A stretch of DNA of 61,967 bases, counting the filler. It is 4 parts of 4 records of this genome, joined end to end, with 100 filler letters (N's around TTAATTAATTAA, not from the genome) between each part and the next. Parts side by side here need not be neighbours in the genome. Positions count along the whole stretch, not along the records: positions 1 to 21,607 come from SRR31156797_8867; positions 21,708 to 43,958 come from SRR31156797_8871; 2 more parts are not named here. One strand, written 5' to 3'. The notes under the pieces are model-generated. The model searched no databases. It was given only the letters and a program-made list of their open reading frames with translations, and had not been told where the DNA came from. The translations under genes and the position numbers were made by a program. This document shows positions 19,979 to 30,176 of the stretch, in pieces; positions within the stretch are counted from its first letter, which is position 1, and the number at the start of each line of letters is the position of its first letter.

Positions 19979-21207
19979 ATAATATACTAAAAATCTCTTA
20001 TAGAAATCTCAAAAGAAACCATAGACGAACTCTTTTAACTGCAAGCTTAATTACCCTTGGAGTAATCTTTGTTCTTGTTTATACGGCACTCTCAGGAAGT
20101 TTCAAAGCCTATATGATAGGTCAAATCACTGACTCATCAATGGGACATATTCAAATACATAAAAAAGGGTATGTTGCTAGTGTAGAGAACCTTCCACTTG
20201 AAAAAAACCTCAACGAAAAGGCGATAACTTATCTAGAGCAATTTTTAAAAGAGAGTAACTATATCCAAAGCTACTCCTATCGAATCAAGTTTGGAGGGAC
20301 TTTTTCCAATTTTGTAAGTACTACAAATATACGGCTCAATGCCATTGATCCAAAAATGGAGTTTGAAACCCTTCCTGCTCTTAAAGATAGACTTGTAGAC
20401 TTTGAAGAGTTAAAACAAGGAGAGATTCTTGTCCCAGATCTTATTGCTAAAGGGATGAATGTAAAAAAAGGTGATCCTATCGTACTTGTTGCCAATAATA
20501 AAAAAGGAAGCGTCAATGGGATCAATCTTAAAATAGCAGGACTTGTTGAGCGAATCTCAGGGCCTGGAGGAAGAGATGGATATATCCATATGGATGATGC
20601 AAAAAAAGTACTTCGAATCAAAGGAGTAGAAGTAAGTGAGATTGTTATACGACTCAAAGATAATAGTATGTTAAAAGATGCTATGAAAGAGTTAAGCCCA
20701 ATTTTAAAGAAACTCAATCAAAAAGAGAAACCAGCCTTTGAGATACATACATGGGAGAAGCTTAGTCCTTTTTATAATATTGTTAAAATGCTTGATATTA
20801 TGAATATAGCTATTCAGATCATCCTTATCTCCATAGTACTTATCTCTATTTTAAATGTGATGATAATGAGTGTCTATGAAAGGATAAAAGAGATAGGAAC
20901 TATTGCAGCAATGGGAACACCTCCAAAAACCATTGTAAAACTATTTTTAACAGAAGGATTACTCCTTGGTATTTTAGGAGCTATTCTTGGAGGAGTGATC
21001 TCTTATGCAATTGTAGAAGTTCTTAATTTTATGCAGATAAGTTATAGTTTTGGAAGACAAGATAATCTTATTTTAGAGCCTATCTTAGCACTAAAAGATG
21101 TTATAATTGTAGGTGTAATAGTAGTGTTTATTTCCCTAATCGCTTCGATTAGTCCAGCAATAAAAGCTTCAAGGTTAGATCCTGTGGAAGCATTAAGAAC
21201 CAATTAA
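19975..21207 (+). CDS. ABC transporter permease (LolE/FtsX type)
   Basis: One TM, a periplasmic domain, then three TMs; ERIKEIGTIAAMG; LDPVEALR. Confidence 0.9.
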   Translation: MNNILKISYRNLKRNHRRTLLTASLITLGVIFVLVYTALSGSFKAYMIGQITDSSMGHIQIHKKGYVASVENLPLEKNLNEKAITYLEQFLKESNYIQSYSYRIKFGGTFSNFVSTTNIRLNAIDPKMEFETLPALKDRLVDFEELKQGEILVPDLIAKGMNVKKGDPIVLVANNKKGSVNGINLKIAGLVERISGPGGRDGYIHMDDAKKVLRIKGVEVSEIVIRLKDNSMLKDAMKELSPILKKLNQKEKPAFEIHTWEKLSPFYNIVKMLDIMNIAIQIILISIVLISILNVMIMSVYERIKEIGTIAAMGTPPKTIVKLFLTEGLLLGILGAILGGVISYAIVEVLNFMQISYSFGRQDNLILEPILALKDVIIVGVIVVFISLIASISPAIKASRLDPVEALRTN

Positions 21208-21219
21208 AAGGAATTTATT

Positions 21220-21607
21220 ATGAAAGCAAAAGTTATTGTAACAGGTTTATTACTTGTAGGAAGTTTTTCTCTATGTAGTGCTCAAATGAATTTTGAAAAT
21301 ATGGATGCTAATGGAGATGGTGTTGTAAATGAAAATGAGTTTTATCAAGCACAAGCTGCTAATATGGAACAAAGAGCAAGTGAAAATAGAATGATGAGAA
21401 ATGCAGCAAATGCTCCACAGTTTTCAGATATTGATGCAAATGGGGATGGGCTAATCTCAAAAGAGGAGCAAGTTACTTTTCAAAATAATAGAAGAGCTAC
21501 AAATAGATCAAATAATATGAATACAGGATTTGGTGGGAAAGGTGGCTTTGGCGGTAACGGCAACGGTGGAGGCAATAGTAACGGCGGTGGAAACGGTAAC
21601 GGCGGTG
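21220..21607 (+). CDS. Secreted EF-hand protein with Gly/Asn-rich tail, truncated at the gap
   Basis: Signal peptide; EF loops DANGDGVVNENE and DANGDGLISKEE; GGNGNGG repeats. Confidence 0.8.
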
Positions 21608-21707
21608 NNNNNNNNNNNNNNNNNNNNNNNNNNNNNNNNNNNNNNNNNNNNTTAATTAATTAANNNNNNNNNNNNNNNNNNNNNNNNNNNNNNNNNNNNN
21701 NNNNNNN
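21608..21707. other. Artificial contig linker
   Basis: N44-TTAATTAATTAA-N44, with stops in all six frames. Confidence 0.97.
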
Positions 21708-23090
21708 TTCAACAGCTGCATTTAAAGATAGAATATTTGTTTGGAAAGCGATCTGATCAATCACTCCAATCGCATCATTTATCGCACAAACTTGCTCATT
21801 GATATCATCCATAGAGACTGCTGTTTGTTTTGCTAGTTTTTCACCTGATCGTAAAGACTCTAATACATTTTTTGCTTCTTTATCCATCATCGTCGTATTT
21901 TTAGAACTCTCAACAATAGTAGATGTCACCTCTTCAACTGCTGCTGAAGTCTGTTCTAAACTTGCCGCTTGTGCATTACTAGCATTACTAAGGTTTGATG
22001 AAGAGTTTGTAAGCTCTTTTGATCCAAAAAGAAGTCTTTTATTAGAGTTATCAATTAAAGCTAAAAGTTCTTGTACTGTATTTCCTGTAGCTTTTACTCC
22101 CCAGAACATCGAAGCAACAAGTCCAGTTAAACCTTCTACATGCTTTACTGGATAATCAAACTTTGAATTTGAATAAGCAATAAGCGCTTGGGAGAGTTGA
22201 TGAAGATTGTCAGAAGTTGTTTTTATCATAGAGTTTAGCTCATCTACTAGACTTTGTACTCCAACCGAGTGTGCTTTTTGCTTAACCGATTCATCTAAAA
22301 GCCCACTTTTTACTTTTTTAATAACCAGTCGTACCTCTTCAATCACTTTAGTATCTTGCTCTAATCCTTTTTCAATATTATGCATATAGATATTAAAATA
22401 CTCTGCAACCTTTTGTATCTCATCATTATTATGAAGATCTAGTTTATCACTAGTTTTTCCTTCACTTAAGTTTTTCATTGAGTTTTCAAGCTCTTCAATA
22501 GAATCTATAATCCCTTTAGATACTATAAGATTAAAGATTATTATGATTAATGTTACTACTACAATAACTGCAAGTATCGATATAAGGAGATGATTTAATG
22601 TCTTTTTAAAATCTTTTTCTAAAACCATTTTATCTTCATTAAATGTTTTGACCCTATTTTGTATATCTATTTTTAAAGGTCTCCATACTTTTAAGATCTG
22701 TTTTAAAGTTATAGGATCAAGATAATGATTTGTTTTTGCAAAGTTTAAAGCATTGTTTGAAGTGCTTAGAAAATCTTGAAAAAGCTTCTCATTTTTTTGA
22801 TCAATCTTCTTAGAGAATTGATCCACTTTTTTAATACCCATACCAATAGTTTTCAAAGGTTTTTTTTCATTAGGATCATTGGCAAAAACCCCTGAAGCTG
22901 AATTAACTAAAAGTCCACCTACAAGTACAGACTTATAATGACTTACTTGATCTGATACATATTTTGCTTTTTCATAATTTTCTTTGAGATGATTCACATT
23001 ATAATAGGTGATAACTGCTAAAGTAGCTAGTCCTAAAAAAACTATTAAGACATTAAGCTTTAATTTTGTAGAGATAAAAAGATTTTTCAA
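21708..23090 (-). CDS. Methyl-accepting chemotaxis protein, 3' truncated
   Basis: Two TMs, HAMP, QAASLEQTSAAVEE and IAFQTNILSLNAAVE. Confidence 0.93.
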
Positions 23091-23144
23091 AAGAGTTCCT
23101 TTTTTACAAGATAATAAACTATATTATATTGGAACTCTTCTTGT

Positions 23145-23166
23145 AGTCTTATTATATAATAAGACT
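23145..23166. other. Perfect 22-bp palindrome (terminator or operator)
   Basis: AGTCTTATTATATAATAAGACT in the intergenic region. Confidence 0.5.
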
Positions 23167-23188
23167 TTTTGAGATAAAAAGTTAACTT

Positions 23189-23578
23189 TTAGTTACTTTT
23201 TAACCCTTTTGCCCATGTCTCCATAAGCTCATGAAGTTGCTCTTTTGGAGCTTCTAAAAACTCTATTACAAACTTATCTTCAAACTCTGCTACTCCTATA
23301 CTTCTAGGTCGAACCGCTAAAATTTTTGTATTTGGGATCATTGGTCCAAAACAAAATACAATATTTTGCGCGTCCGTCATCCCCTCCATGATCTCACCAT
23401 CAATATTTTTTGTATGGGTATAGTGATCAAAGATCGCAATAAACTGAGCTATAGGGTGAGCTTCTATTTTTGCTTTAAAATATTCTAAGATCTCTGGTAC
23501 AGTTTTTTGAGAAACTTCACTCTTTTCAAGCTCTAACGTATAGACTGGGTATTTATCCATTAAAATTGTTTTTTTCAT
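23189..23578 (-). CDS. Conserved hypothetical protein (DUF302/DUF6858-like)
   Basis: 129 aa with RBS; IFDHYTHT, NIVFCFG and AVRPRSIGV motifs. Confidence 0.65.
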   Translation of the reverse strand: MKKTILMDKYPVYTLELEKSEVSQKTVPEILEYFKAKIEAHPIAQFIAIFDHYTHTKNIDGEIMEGMTDAQNIVFCFGPMIPNTKILAVRPRSIGVAEFEDKFVIEFLEAPKEQLHELMETWAKGLKSN

Positions 23579-23603
23579 ATTTTATTTCCTTTTTTATTTG
23601 AAT

Positions 23604-24587
23604 TTATTCTGCGATACAGATCTCTTTTTTCATCATATGTTGAATAGTTCGAATTGCAACAATTAACACAACCAAAGTAGTTACAAACATAAAAAAGTAT
23701 GCAAAGTAGCTATAAAGTGCAATTTGTGTCATCTTAAATGCAAGCATAGAAGCTATTGTTACTGCTGCTAGAGGAAAAGTAAATGCCCACCATGAGATAA
23801 AAAACTTTAGATTTAAAAAGTTTTTATACATAAATAGAAGTAAAAAACTAAAAAATAGTGCTAGATTAAAAAGTACACTTGCAAACATATCAAAAACCCC
23901 ATACATCTTTACATAGGCAATAAAAGCAACTGCAGGAGGTGCAATAAAGATAAAAAGTGTTGGCACAAATTTGATCGCTAATTGGTGATGGAAGATAATT
24001 CTATTTATAAGAATCGACGTAAGTACGATCCAAAAAAATAGACCCACTGCATAATAGTACATCAAAAGATTTACATCTGCCATACCAGCCCCTGCAACAG
24101 GTACTAATACATTTCCAACGATTGGAATAAACCATGCTGGATTTGAGTGTTGTACTTCCATATTTTTATTGATCCAAAAACTGATCGTATAAAAAGTAAA
24201 AAAAGTTTGCATCACTGTACCAATCACAAAACAATAAAATGCAATACTATGATTGATAGGATGGTATACAATTGCTAAAAGTAAAAAAGAGATTGCACTT
24301 GCTGCAAAGAAGTTAATTCTTACTGGATGGGAGAACTCTTTTTTTACTTCTGAAAAGTATTTTACTGTTTTTGCAAGATATACAACAACAATTCCTATAA
24401 ATAATACTGTATCAATTTGAGCTAATACTGTATCAATCCCAAGGTTAAATCCTAAGATCTCATCTGCTTTTTGAAATACTATCGTAAGTCCTGATAATCC
24501 CATAATAATAGCAAACATCATAATTGGGAAAAACTGCAATCTATTTGATGGTATTGCAGAACATTGTTCCATTTTATTCTCTTCCAT
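23604..24587 (-). CDS. SLAC1/TehA family anion channel
   Basis: About 10 TMs; NPAWFIPIVGN and SWWAFTFPLAA; start at ATG 24587 (TAATG overlap). Confidence 0.9.
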   Translation of the reverse strand: MEENKMEQCSAIPSNRLQFFPIMMFAIIMGLSGLTIVFQKADEILGFNLGIDTVLAQIDTVLFIGIVVVYLAKTVKYFSEVKKEFSHPVRINFFAASAISFLLLAIVYHPINHSIAFYCFVIGTVMQTFFTFYTISFWINKNMEVQHSNPAWFIPIVGNVLVPVAGAGMADVNLLMYYYAVGLFFWIVLTSILINRIIFHHQLAIKFVPTLFIFIAPPAVAFIAYVKMYGVFDMFASVLFNLALFFSFLLLFMYKNFLNLKFFISWWAFTFPLAAVTIASMLAFKMTQIALYSYFAYFFMFVTTLVVLIVAIRTIQHMMKKEICIAE

Positions 24588-25132
24588 TACTTTTCTCCTT
24601 GTATACTTTGGATAGATTTTATTGCGCATTTTAGAACTTTTGGCGTATCATTCCCTTTTTCATCTAAAAAGTCAATTTGCAGTTTATATACCAATTTATT
24701 ATTGAGTTTAGCACTAAATACTAAATATCCAGCATAAAGTTTTGACTTGGCTGTTTTTTTCCCTGGGTCTTTTTTATCATTTTCATAGATCAAAATATCT
24801 ATTGAAGCTGGATATTTTTTGCTTTGATCTTTGAGTTTTGATAAAGTGATAAAACTTTTTTTAAGTTCCCTATCATCAAGATACTCAAAAAGTTTTGACT
24901 CCATATATTTTGCTTTTTCTATCTCTATGGTAATATTTACTTTTCCTTCTTTGAAGTGTTTTTGAAACTCTCCTAAAAGCTCTGGTTTGAGTACTCTTTC
25001 AAATACAGTTGAGTATTTATGACACTCTATCCTTGTAGATTTGGCACTTTTTTTATTCACTTGGTCATAAATAGATTTCCCTATCCCTCCAAGTATAAGT
25101 ACAGCTACAATAATATAAATATATTTTTTCAT
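24587..25132 (-). CDS. Hypothetical membrane-anchored protein
   Basis: N-terminal TM; operonic spacing. Confidence 0.7.
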   Translation of the reverse strand: MKKYIYIIVAVLILGGIGKSIYDQVNKKSAKSTRIECHKYSTVFERVLKPELLGEFQKHFKEGKVNITIEIEKAKYMESKLFEYLDDRELKKSFITLSKLKDQSKKYPASIDILIYENDKKDPGKKTAKSKLYAGYLVFSAKLNNKLVYKLQIDFLDEKGNDTPKVLKCAIKSIQSIQGEK

Positions 25133-25144
25133 ATACCTTTTCCT

Positions 25145-25543
25145 TTAATGGTGGTGGTGCTCACCGTGTTTATGGTCTTTTCCACTTTTATGCATATTGC
25201 CTTGCTCTATAAACTCATTCATATTTACAGGTTCTACTTTGGTAAGTTCCCCTTTTTGAAGCTTTTGTAAAACCTCATCTAAAAAGATTCGCTCACCTCC
25301 ATCATGAAAACACTCTATCCCAGCACGCTGTAAAAGCATATAAGGATTTCCACCCATATGATGAAAAACCAATTGATCAACGCCACGCTGTGCCATTTGT
25401 TCTACCACAACTCTTCCACTTTCAGTCTCATTTGCTTCTATAGTAATTGTATCACCATCAACATAAGCAAACCATTTTGCTTTTCCAAAAAGGGTACTTA
25501 CTACTGGATTTTCTTTATTTGTTTTTACTGGTATTGCTATCAT
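25145..25543 (-). CDS. NifB/NifX (FeMo-cofactor-binding fold) family protein with His-rich tail
   Basis: MIAIPV...STLFGKAKWFA...HMGGNPY; ends HKHGEHHHH. Confidence 0.8.
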   Translation of the reverse strand: MIAIPVKTNKENPVVSTLFGKAKWFAYVDGDTITIEANETESGRVVVEQMAQRGVDQLVFHHMGGNPYMLLQRAGIECFHDGGERIFLDEVLQKLQKGELTKVEPVNMNEFIEQGNMHKSGKDHKHGEHHHH

Positions 25544-25653
25544 TTGATCTTCTCCTCAAACTTTACTGCATTTTTTACACTCAACTTCCACCCTAAATAT
25601 ATCACTACAGGCCATAAACAAAGCCATAATATCTCAGCTAAATATTCCATCAT
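25540..25653 (-). CDS. 37-aa single-TM protein downstream of cydB (CydX/CydY-like small subunit)
   Basis: MMEYLAEILWLCLWPVVIYLGWKLSVKNAVKFEEKIK; AGGAG RBS; ATGA overlap with the next gene. Confidence 0.75.
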   Translation of the reverse strand: MMEYLAEILWLCLWPVVIYLGWKLSVKNAVKFEEKIK

Positions 25654-25659
25654 CTTCTC

Positions 25660-26793
25660 CTAGTAATTATGTGCATCAGGTGCTTCGATCTCTTCTTTTG
25701 TGATCTTTACTTTATCCATAGAGTACCAAGCATATGCAATATAAGCTAGTACAAATGGAACCATAAGTGACGCATAACTCATCGCCATTAAAGTATAGTG
25801 GCTTCCTGAACTATTGGTAATAGTCAATGAACTTTGTAGATCAACTGTCGAAGGATAATATGCAGTACCATTAAACCCAACATTTAAAAGGATTGCCATA
25901 ACTGTTAATACGATCCCTACTCCACCTGTTTTGATACAACAAGTCTTTTTATATACAATTGCAGTAAATACTGCTCCAATTACCATTACAACCCCTAAAA
26001 GAAACATCACTAAAACACTTGGTATCTCCAAAAAGTTGATCAAGTATTTATTCGCTTGTAAAGTCACTACTCCATTTGCATCAACAGCATATCCATCTTT
26101 TAAAAAGATCCAAGCCATAAACCCTAAAAAGAAAAATAAAAAAAGAATCATATTATATTTTATCGATTCGATCGCTTTATCTCGTATAGGTTGATAATCG
26201 ATTGAGCTTATAAAATATAAAGCTCCACTGATTCTTGCTAAAAACACTAAAGCAAATCCAAGTAAATAGTTGTATGGGTTTAATAAAGCTTCTAAACCTC
26301 TTAATTCATTTTGCCAATCAACAAAATTATTAGAATCAAGTATAAACTCACTTCCGCTAAAAAATGTACTTATTGCAACTCCAAGTAAAAACACCCCTAA
26401 AGTTCCATTGATCTTTAAAAAGCTTTCATAGACTTTTTGTCCTAAAAAGTTATCAGGTTTTGTTCTATACTCATAGCTTACTGCTTGGATAATAAAACAA
26501 AATAAAATCGCCAACCATACCCAATAGGCTCCTCCAAAACTAGTCGCATAAAAAAGAGGAAAGGCTGCAAATAATGCTCCTCCAAAAAGCACAAGCGTGG
26601 TAAACCCAAGCTCCCATTTTCGCCCAATAGAGTTTATAAGCATCGTTTTTTCTGTCTCAGTATCGCTTAACTGATCTATCAAAGTTTGTCCCCCTTGAAC
26701 AAACATGATAAATACAAAAAGCCCACCTAAAAGTGCAATAATGATCCACCAATATTGTTGTAATGTTAAAAGTTCTAAGCTATCAAATCCCAT
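25660..26793 (-). CDS. cydB: Cytochrome bd ubiquinol oxidase subunit II
   Basis: GRKWELGFTTLVLFGGALFAAFP motif; follows cydA; start at ATG 26793. Confidence 0.95.
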   Translation of the reverse strand: MGFDSLELLTLQQYWWIIIALLGGLFVFIMFVQGGQTLIDQLSDTETEKTMLINSIGRKWELGFTTLVLFGGALFAAFPLFYATSFGGAYWVWLAILFCFIIQAVSYEYRTKPDNFLGQKVYESFLKINGTLGVFLLGVAISTFFSGSEFILDSNNFVDWQNELRGLEALLNPYNYLLGFALVFLARISGALYFISSIDYQPIRDKAIESIKYNMILFLFFFLGFMAWIFLKDGYAVDANGVVTLQANKYLINFLEIPSVLVMFLLGVVMVIGAVFTAIVYKKTCCIKTGGVGIVLTVMAILLNVGFNGTAYYPSTVDLQSSLTITNSSGSHYTLMAMSYASLMVPFVLAYIAYAWYSMDKVKITKEEIEAPDAHNY

Positions 26794-26794
26794 C

Positions 26795-28321
26795 TTAGTG
26801 CCCTCCATTTGGACCAATTTTTATCTGCTTGGTCATGATTTTAATCTCAGCAATTAATAAAAGCGTAAAAAGAAAAGCAAACATCCAAAAGCTGATCTGT
26901 ACATTTGTTGTTGCTATTTTAGTAGCTGCAATTCCAACTGGCATAAGATCTTGTATCGCCCAAGGTTGCCGTCCAACCTCAGCTACGATCCAACCAGCCT
27001 CAGCTGCGATATAGCCAAGTGGAATCGACCAAAGTGCCGCTTTAAGCAACGCTCTATAATCACTAATATCTTTTTTTGTAGCCAAATAAAGAACAATGGC
27101 AAATAAGAAAATAAACCACCCTCCAAGTAATACCATCACATGAAATGCATAAAAAGTGATCGCAACTGGTGGAACTACATCTTCAGGCTTTTTAATATGC
27201 CCATATCCAAAGTAGTGCATATTTTCATCTAAGATTCTTTTAGCTTCCGTTGCTTTTATCATATCATTAGCCTCTTTGGCTTTTTTATACTCTTCTAAAG
27301 CTTGAACTGCTAGTTTCCCTTGTGCCATTTTCTCTTCAACACTGATAATCCCTCGCTCCGTATTTCCATACACAAGATCTTTTAATCCTGGAACATACGC
27401 ATCTGGACTATGATATCCTAAAAGTGAAAGTGCATAAGGGATCTCAAATTCAAAATGGTATGTCTCTTCATCATTTGTAAGAGTTTTATCACTATTTAAA
27501 ACTCCAAGTGCTACGATGCCAGCTGGTGCTTTTCCTTCATAGAGTCCTTCCATAGCTGCTAACTTTACAGGCTGTTTTTGAGCAACTTGATGAGCTGATT
27601 CATCTCCACTTAAAGTAAGAAAAAGTGAAGTAATAAGCCCAAAAGTAGCTCCTATGATCATCGATCGTTTTGCAAAAAGCACCTCTCTACCTTTTAAAAG
27701 ATACCATGCACTGATCCCTACTACAAAAAGTGAAGCTATCACATATCCACTCCCAATTGTATGTAGAAACTTAGCAATTGCCACAGGAGAGAATAATACA
27801 TCCCAAAAGTTCATCATCTCATTTCTTACCGTATCAGGGTTAAACTCCATCCCTACAGGATACTGCATCCAACCATTTGCTACAAGTATCCAAAGCGCAC
27901 TTAGATTTGATCCAATGGCTACAAGCCAAGTAGAAAGTAAGTGAAACCCTTTTCCTACTTTATTCCACCCAAAAAACATCACCGCAAAGAAAGTTGACTC
28001 CATAAAAAAGGCTAATATCCCTTCAACTGCAAGTGGTGCACCAAAAATATCTCCAACAAACCAAGAGTAATTTGCCCAGTTAGTTCCAAACTCAAACTCC
28101 ATAATAAGACCAGTCGCTACTCCAATTGCAAAGTTAATAGCAAACAAGGTCATCCAAAATTTTGTCATCTTTTTATATTCAATACTTCCAGTCTTTACAT
28201 AGATCGTCTCCATAATAGCAACGATAAATCCAAGACCAAGAGTAAGAGGTACAAATAAAAAGTGATAAATAGCAGTTAAGGCAAACTGCGCCCTACTCCA
28301 ATCGACTAAATGCTCTTCCAT
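26795..28321 (-). CDS. cydA: Cytochrome bd ubiquinol oxidase subunit I
   Basis: YHFLFVPLT, FEFGTNW, QPVKLAAMEG and EVGRQPW motifs. Confidence 0.97.
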   Translation of the reverse strand: MEEHLVDWSRAQFALTAIYHFLFVPLTLGLGFIVAIMETIYVKTGSIEYKKMTKFWMTLFAINFAIGVATGLIMEFEFGTNWANYSWFVGDIFGAPLAVEGILAFFMESTFFAVMFFGWNKVGKGFHLLSTWLVAIGSNLSALWILVANGWMQYPVGMEFNPDTVRNEMMNFWDVLFSPVAIAKFLHTIGSGYVIASLFVVGISAWYLLKGREVLFAKRSMIIGATFGLITSLFLTLSGDESAHQVAQKQPVKLAAMEGLYEGKAPAGIVALGVLNSDKTLTNDEETYHFEFEIPYALSLLGYHSPDAYVPGLKDLVYGNTERGIISVEEKMAQGKLAVQALEEYKKAKEANDMIKATEAKRILDENMHYFGYGHIKKPEDVVPPVAITFYAFHVMVLLGGWFIFLFAIVLYLATKKDISDYRALLKAALWSIPLGYIAAEAGWIVAEVGRQPWAIQDLMPVGIAATKIATTNVQISFWMFAFLFTLLLIAEIKIMTKQIKIGPNGGH

Positions 28322-28533
28322 TATTTTTCTCCTACTAGATTTTCATATACAAAATTTACTTTTGCATCTTCTGTTTTATATTCACTCTTAAAACTACGAT
28401 CATGTATAAAATAGTTTAAAAACAAAAATATCACGGCAAGTTTGATAAAGATCAACTTCCATAAGGTTTTTCCTACCGTCATATTTTTAAACCCTAAAAA
28501 GTAGAAATCATAAATCTTTTTTATACTTATCAT
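28321..28533 (-). CDS. DUF4492-like small membrane protein upstream of cydA
   Basis: FYFLGFKNMTVGKTLWKLIFIKL pattern; TAATG overlap with cydA. Confidence 0.75.
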   Translation of the reverse strand: MISIKKIYDFYFLGFKNMTVGKTLWKLIFIKLAVIFLFLNYFIHDRSFKSEYKTEDAKVNFVYENLVGEK

Positions 28534-28543
28534 AATTTATCCT

Positions 28544-28590
28544 TTTTGAACATATGTTCGAATCTTAGCACTATTTTGAACATATGTCAA
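28544..28590. promoter_or_regulatory. Tandem palindromic operators overlapping the sigma70 promoter of the cyd operon
   Basis: TTTTGAACATATGT at 28544 and 28574 (30-bp period). Minus-strand TTGACA (28590-28585), 17 bp, then TAAGAT (28567-28562) with a TG extension. Confidence 0.75.
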
Positions 28591-28639
28591 GAATACTTAA
28601 ATTAAATTCTGCTAAAATTTGAAAACTAAGGAAATAAAA

Positions 28640-29218
28640 ATGCCACGAGAAAAAAATACCAGAAAATTAAGTTTTAAGCCTTTGTTTAAAACATTTGTCC
28701 CACAATCTTGTACTCCAGAGGGGATCACCACACTACTTCATGAAGAGATCGAAGCGATCTATTTAATGGATGTATTAAACCTTTATCAAGAAGATGCAGC
28801 AAAAAAGATGGAAGTCTCCCGCCCAACTTTTACAAGGATATTAAAGTGTGCAAGAAAAAAACTAGCTAAGGCTTTAGTGTGTGGTCACGCTATCAACTTT
28901 CAAGATGAAAAGAATGAATCTATCATAGCAATTTTTAGTGATGCAAAAGATTCTATAATCAACTCTATTCCAACTTCAAAATATATCTTACTCTATAAAC
29001 AAAGTGATAAAACCTTGGAACTTCTTAAAGTTTTAGAGAACCCATCGTATGGAAATAAACAAAAACCTGCCATTGCGCTTCCAGCTTTTTTAGTATCCTA
29101 TCATGTCAATATTTTAATAGCCTCAAAAATAGGAGAAGGTTTAAAAAACTCATTAGTTATCAAGGGGATAAAAAGCATACTCAAAGATATTCAATCTATT
29201 GAGCAAATATTAGAATAA
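28640..29218 (+). CDS. DUF134 helix-turn-helix protein fused to a NifB/NifX-like domain
   Basis: MPREK...EEIEAIYLMDVLNLYQEDAAKKMEVSRPTFTRILKCARKKLAKAL; C-terminal IASKIGEGLKNSL; ATG 28640 with AAGGA RBS. Confidence 0.85.
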   Translation: MPREKNTRKLSFKPLFKTFVPQSCTPEGITTLLHEEIEAIYLMDVLNLYQEDAAKKMEVSRPTFTRILKCARKKLAKALVCGHAINFQDEKNESIIAIFSDAKDSIINSIPTSKYILLYKQSDKTLELLKVLENPSYGNKQKPAIALPAFLVSYHVNILIASKIGEGLKNSLVIKGIKSILKDIQSIEQILE

Positions 29219-29285
29219 GACTAACAAACATTTAGACTCTACGAAATTCCTTTTTTATCTATTACAATTACAAAAAGGAGTTTTT

Positions 29286-30167
29286 ATGTCTTTAGATATT
29301 GCGATCATCGGTGCTGGATTAAGTGGTGCGATCTTATATGATAGATTAAAACATAATCACAATATCACTATTTTTGAAAAATCTAGAGGTGTTGGTGGAC
29401 GTTGTAGTACTCGATATATTAAAGATTTAAAAATAGATCATGGAACCCATGATTTCTCCACGAAAGACCAAGAGTTTAACCTTTTTTGTTCACGGTTAAT
29501 CTCTTTAGATATTTTAGAAAAAAAAGAGCTCTCATATACTCCAATTGATGGTATAAATCAAATGATATCAGTATTGATAGATGATGAAAAGCTTTTATCT
29601 CAAACAAAAATCGTAAAAGCATATACAAAAGATAAAAAATGGGTTTTAGAAGATGATCAAAAAAATATATTTGGAGATTTTGACATCTTATTATCTACTA
29701 TTCCTGCACCTCAGGTATTACAATTAGATACTTCACTCTCAGCAGATATTCAAGAGCAACTACATAAAGTAAGTTATGAACCAATAGCAACGATGATAGC
29801 TTATAATAGTACATTAAATATAAAACAAATAGAAAAACTTCAAAAAAACCCTTTTTTTAAAAAAATATCAATTCAAAAAGATGCTATTGTATTTCATGCA
29901 AATCATGAAGTATCACAACAAATAAACTCTAAGCAAAGTATTGAAAAAATTTTTATAGATGAGATCCAAGCTACTATCAATCTCAATATTTCCAAAAGTT
30001 TTCAAACCCTTCCCCATTTGTGGAGATATGCTTTAGTAAAAGATTCTCTTACCCTTTCTTCAATCTATGACAAGAAGAACAGATTTGGCCTATGTGGAGA
30101 TTATTTTCTTCAAAAAAATCTAGAAAGCTCTTATAAAAGTGCTTTATCTTTAATAAATCAATTATAA
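29286..30167 (+). CDS. Renalase-like NAD(P)/FAD-dependent oxidoreductase
   Basis: IIGAGLSG, FEKSRGVGGRCSTR, DHG, HLWRYA and CGDY motifs. Confidence 0.88.
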   Translation: MSLDIAIIGAGLSGAILYDRLKHNHNITIFEKSRGVGGRCSTRYIKDLKIDHGTHDFSTKDQEFNLFCSRLISLDILEKKELSYTPIDGINQMISVLIDDEKLLSQTKIVKAYTKDKKWVLEDDQKNIFGDFDILLSTIPAPQVLQLDTSLSADIQEQLHKVSYEPIATMIAYNSTLNIKQIEKLQKNPFFKKISIQKDAIVFHANHEVSQQINSKQSIEKIFIDEIQATINLNISKSFQTLPHLWRYALVKDSLTLSSIYDKKNRFGLCGDYFLQKNLESSYKSALSLINQL

Positions 30168-30176
30168 AGGAAAAAC

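Noticed and set aside
21530-21607. GGC/AAC/GGT repeats as a repeat array
   Set aside because: A coding Gly/Asn low-complexity tail that probably broke the assembly
21652-21663. TTAATTAATTAA repeated three times in the window
   Set aside because: Always centred in identical N runs; an assembly linker, not biology. ORFs spanning these gaps are artefacts.
29221-29260. ACAAACAT-type words upstream of stress-cluster genes (also near 34579) as a LitR/CarH-like operator
   Set aside because: Too short and degenerate in AT-rich DNA to support
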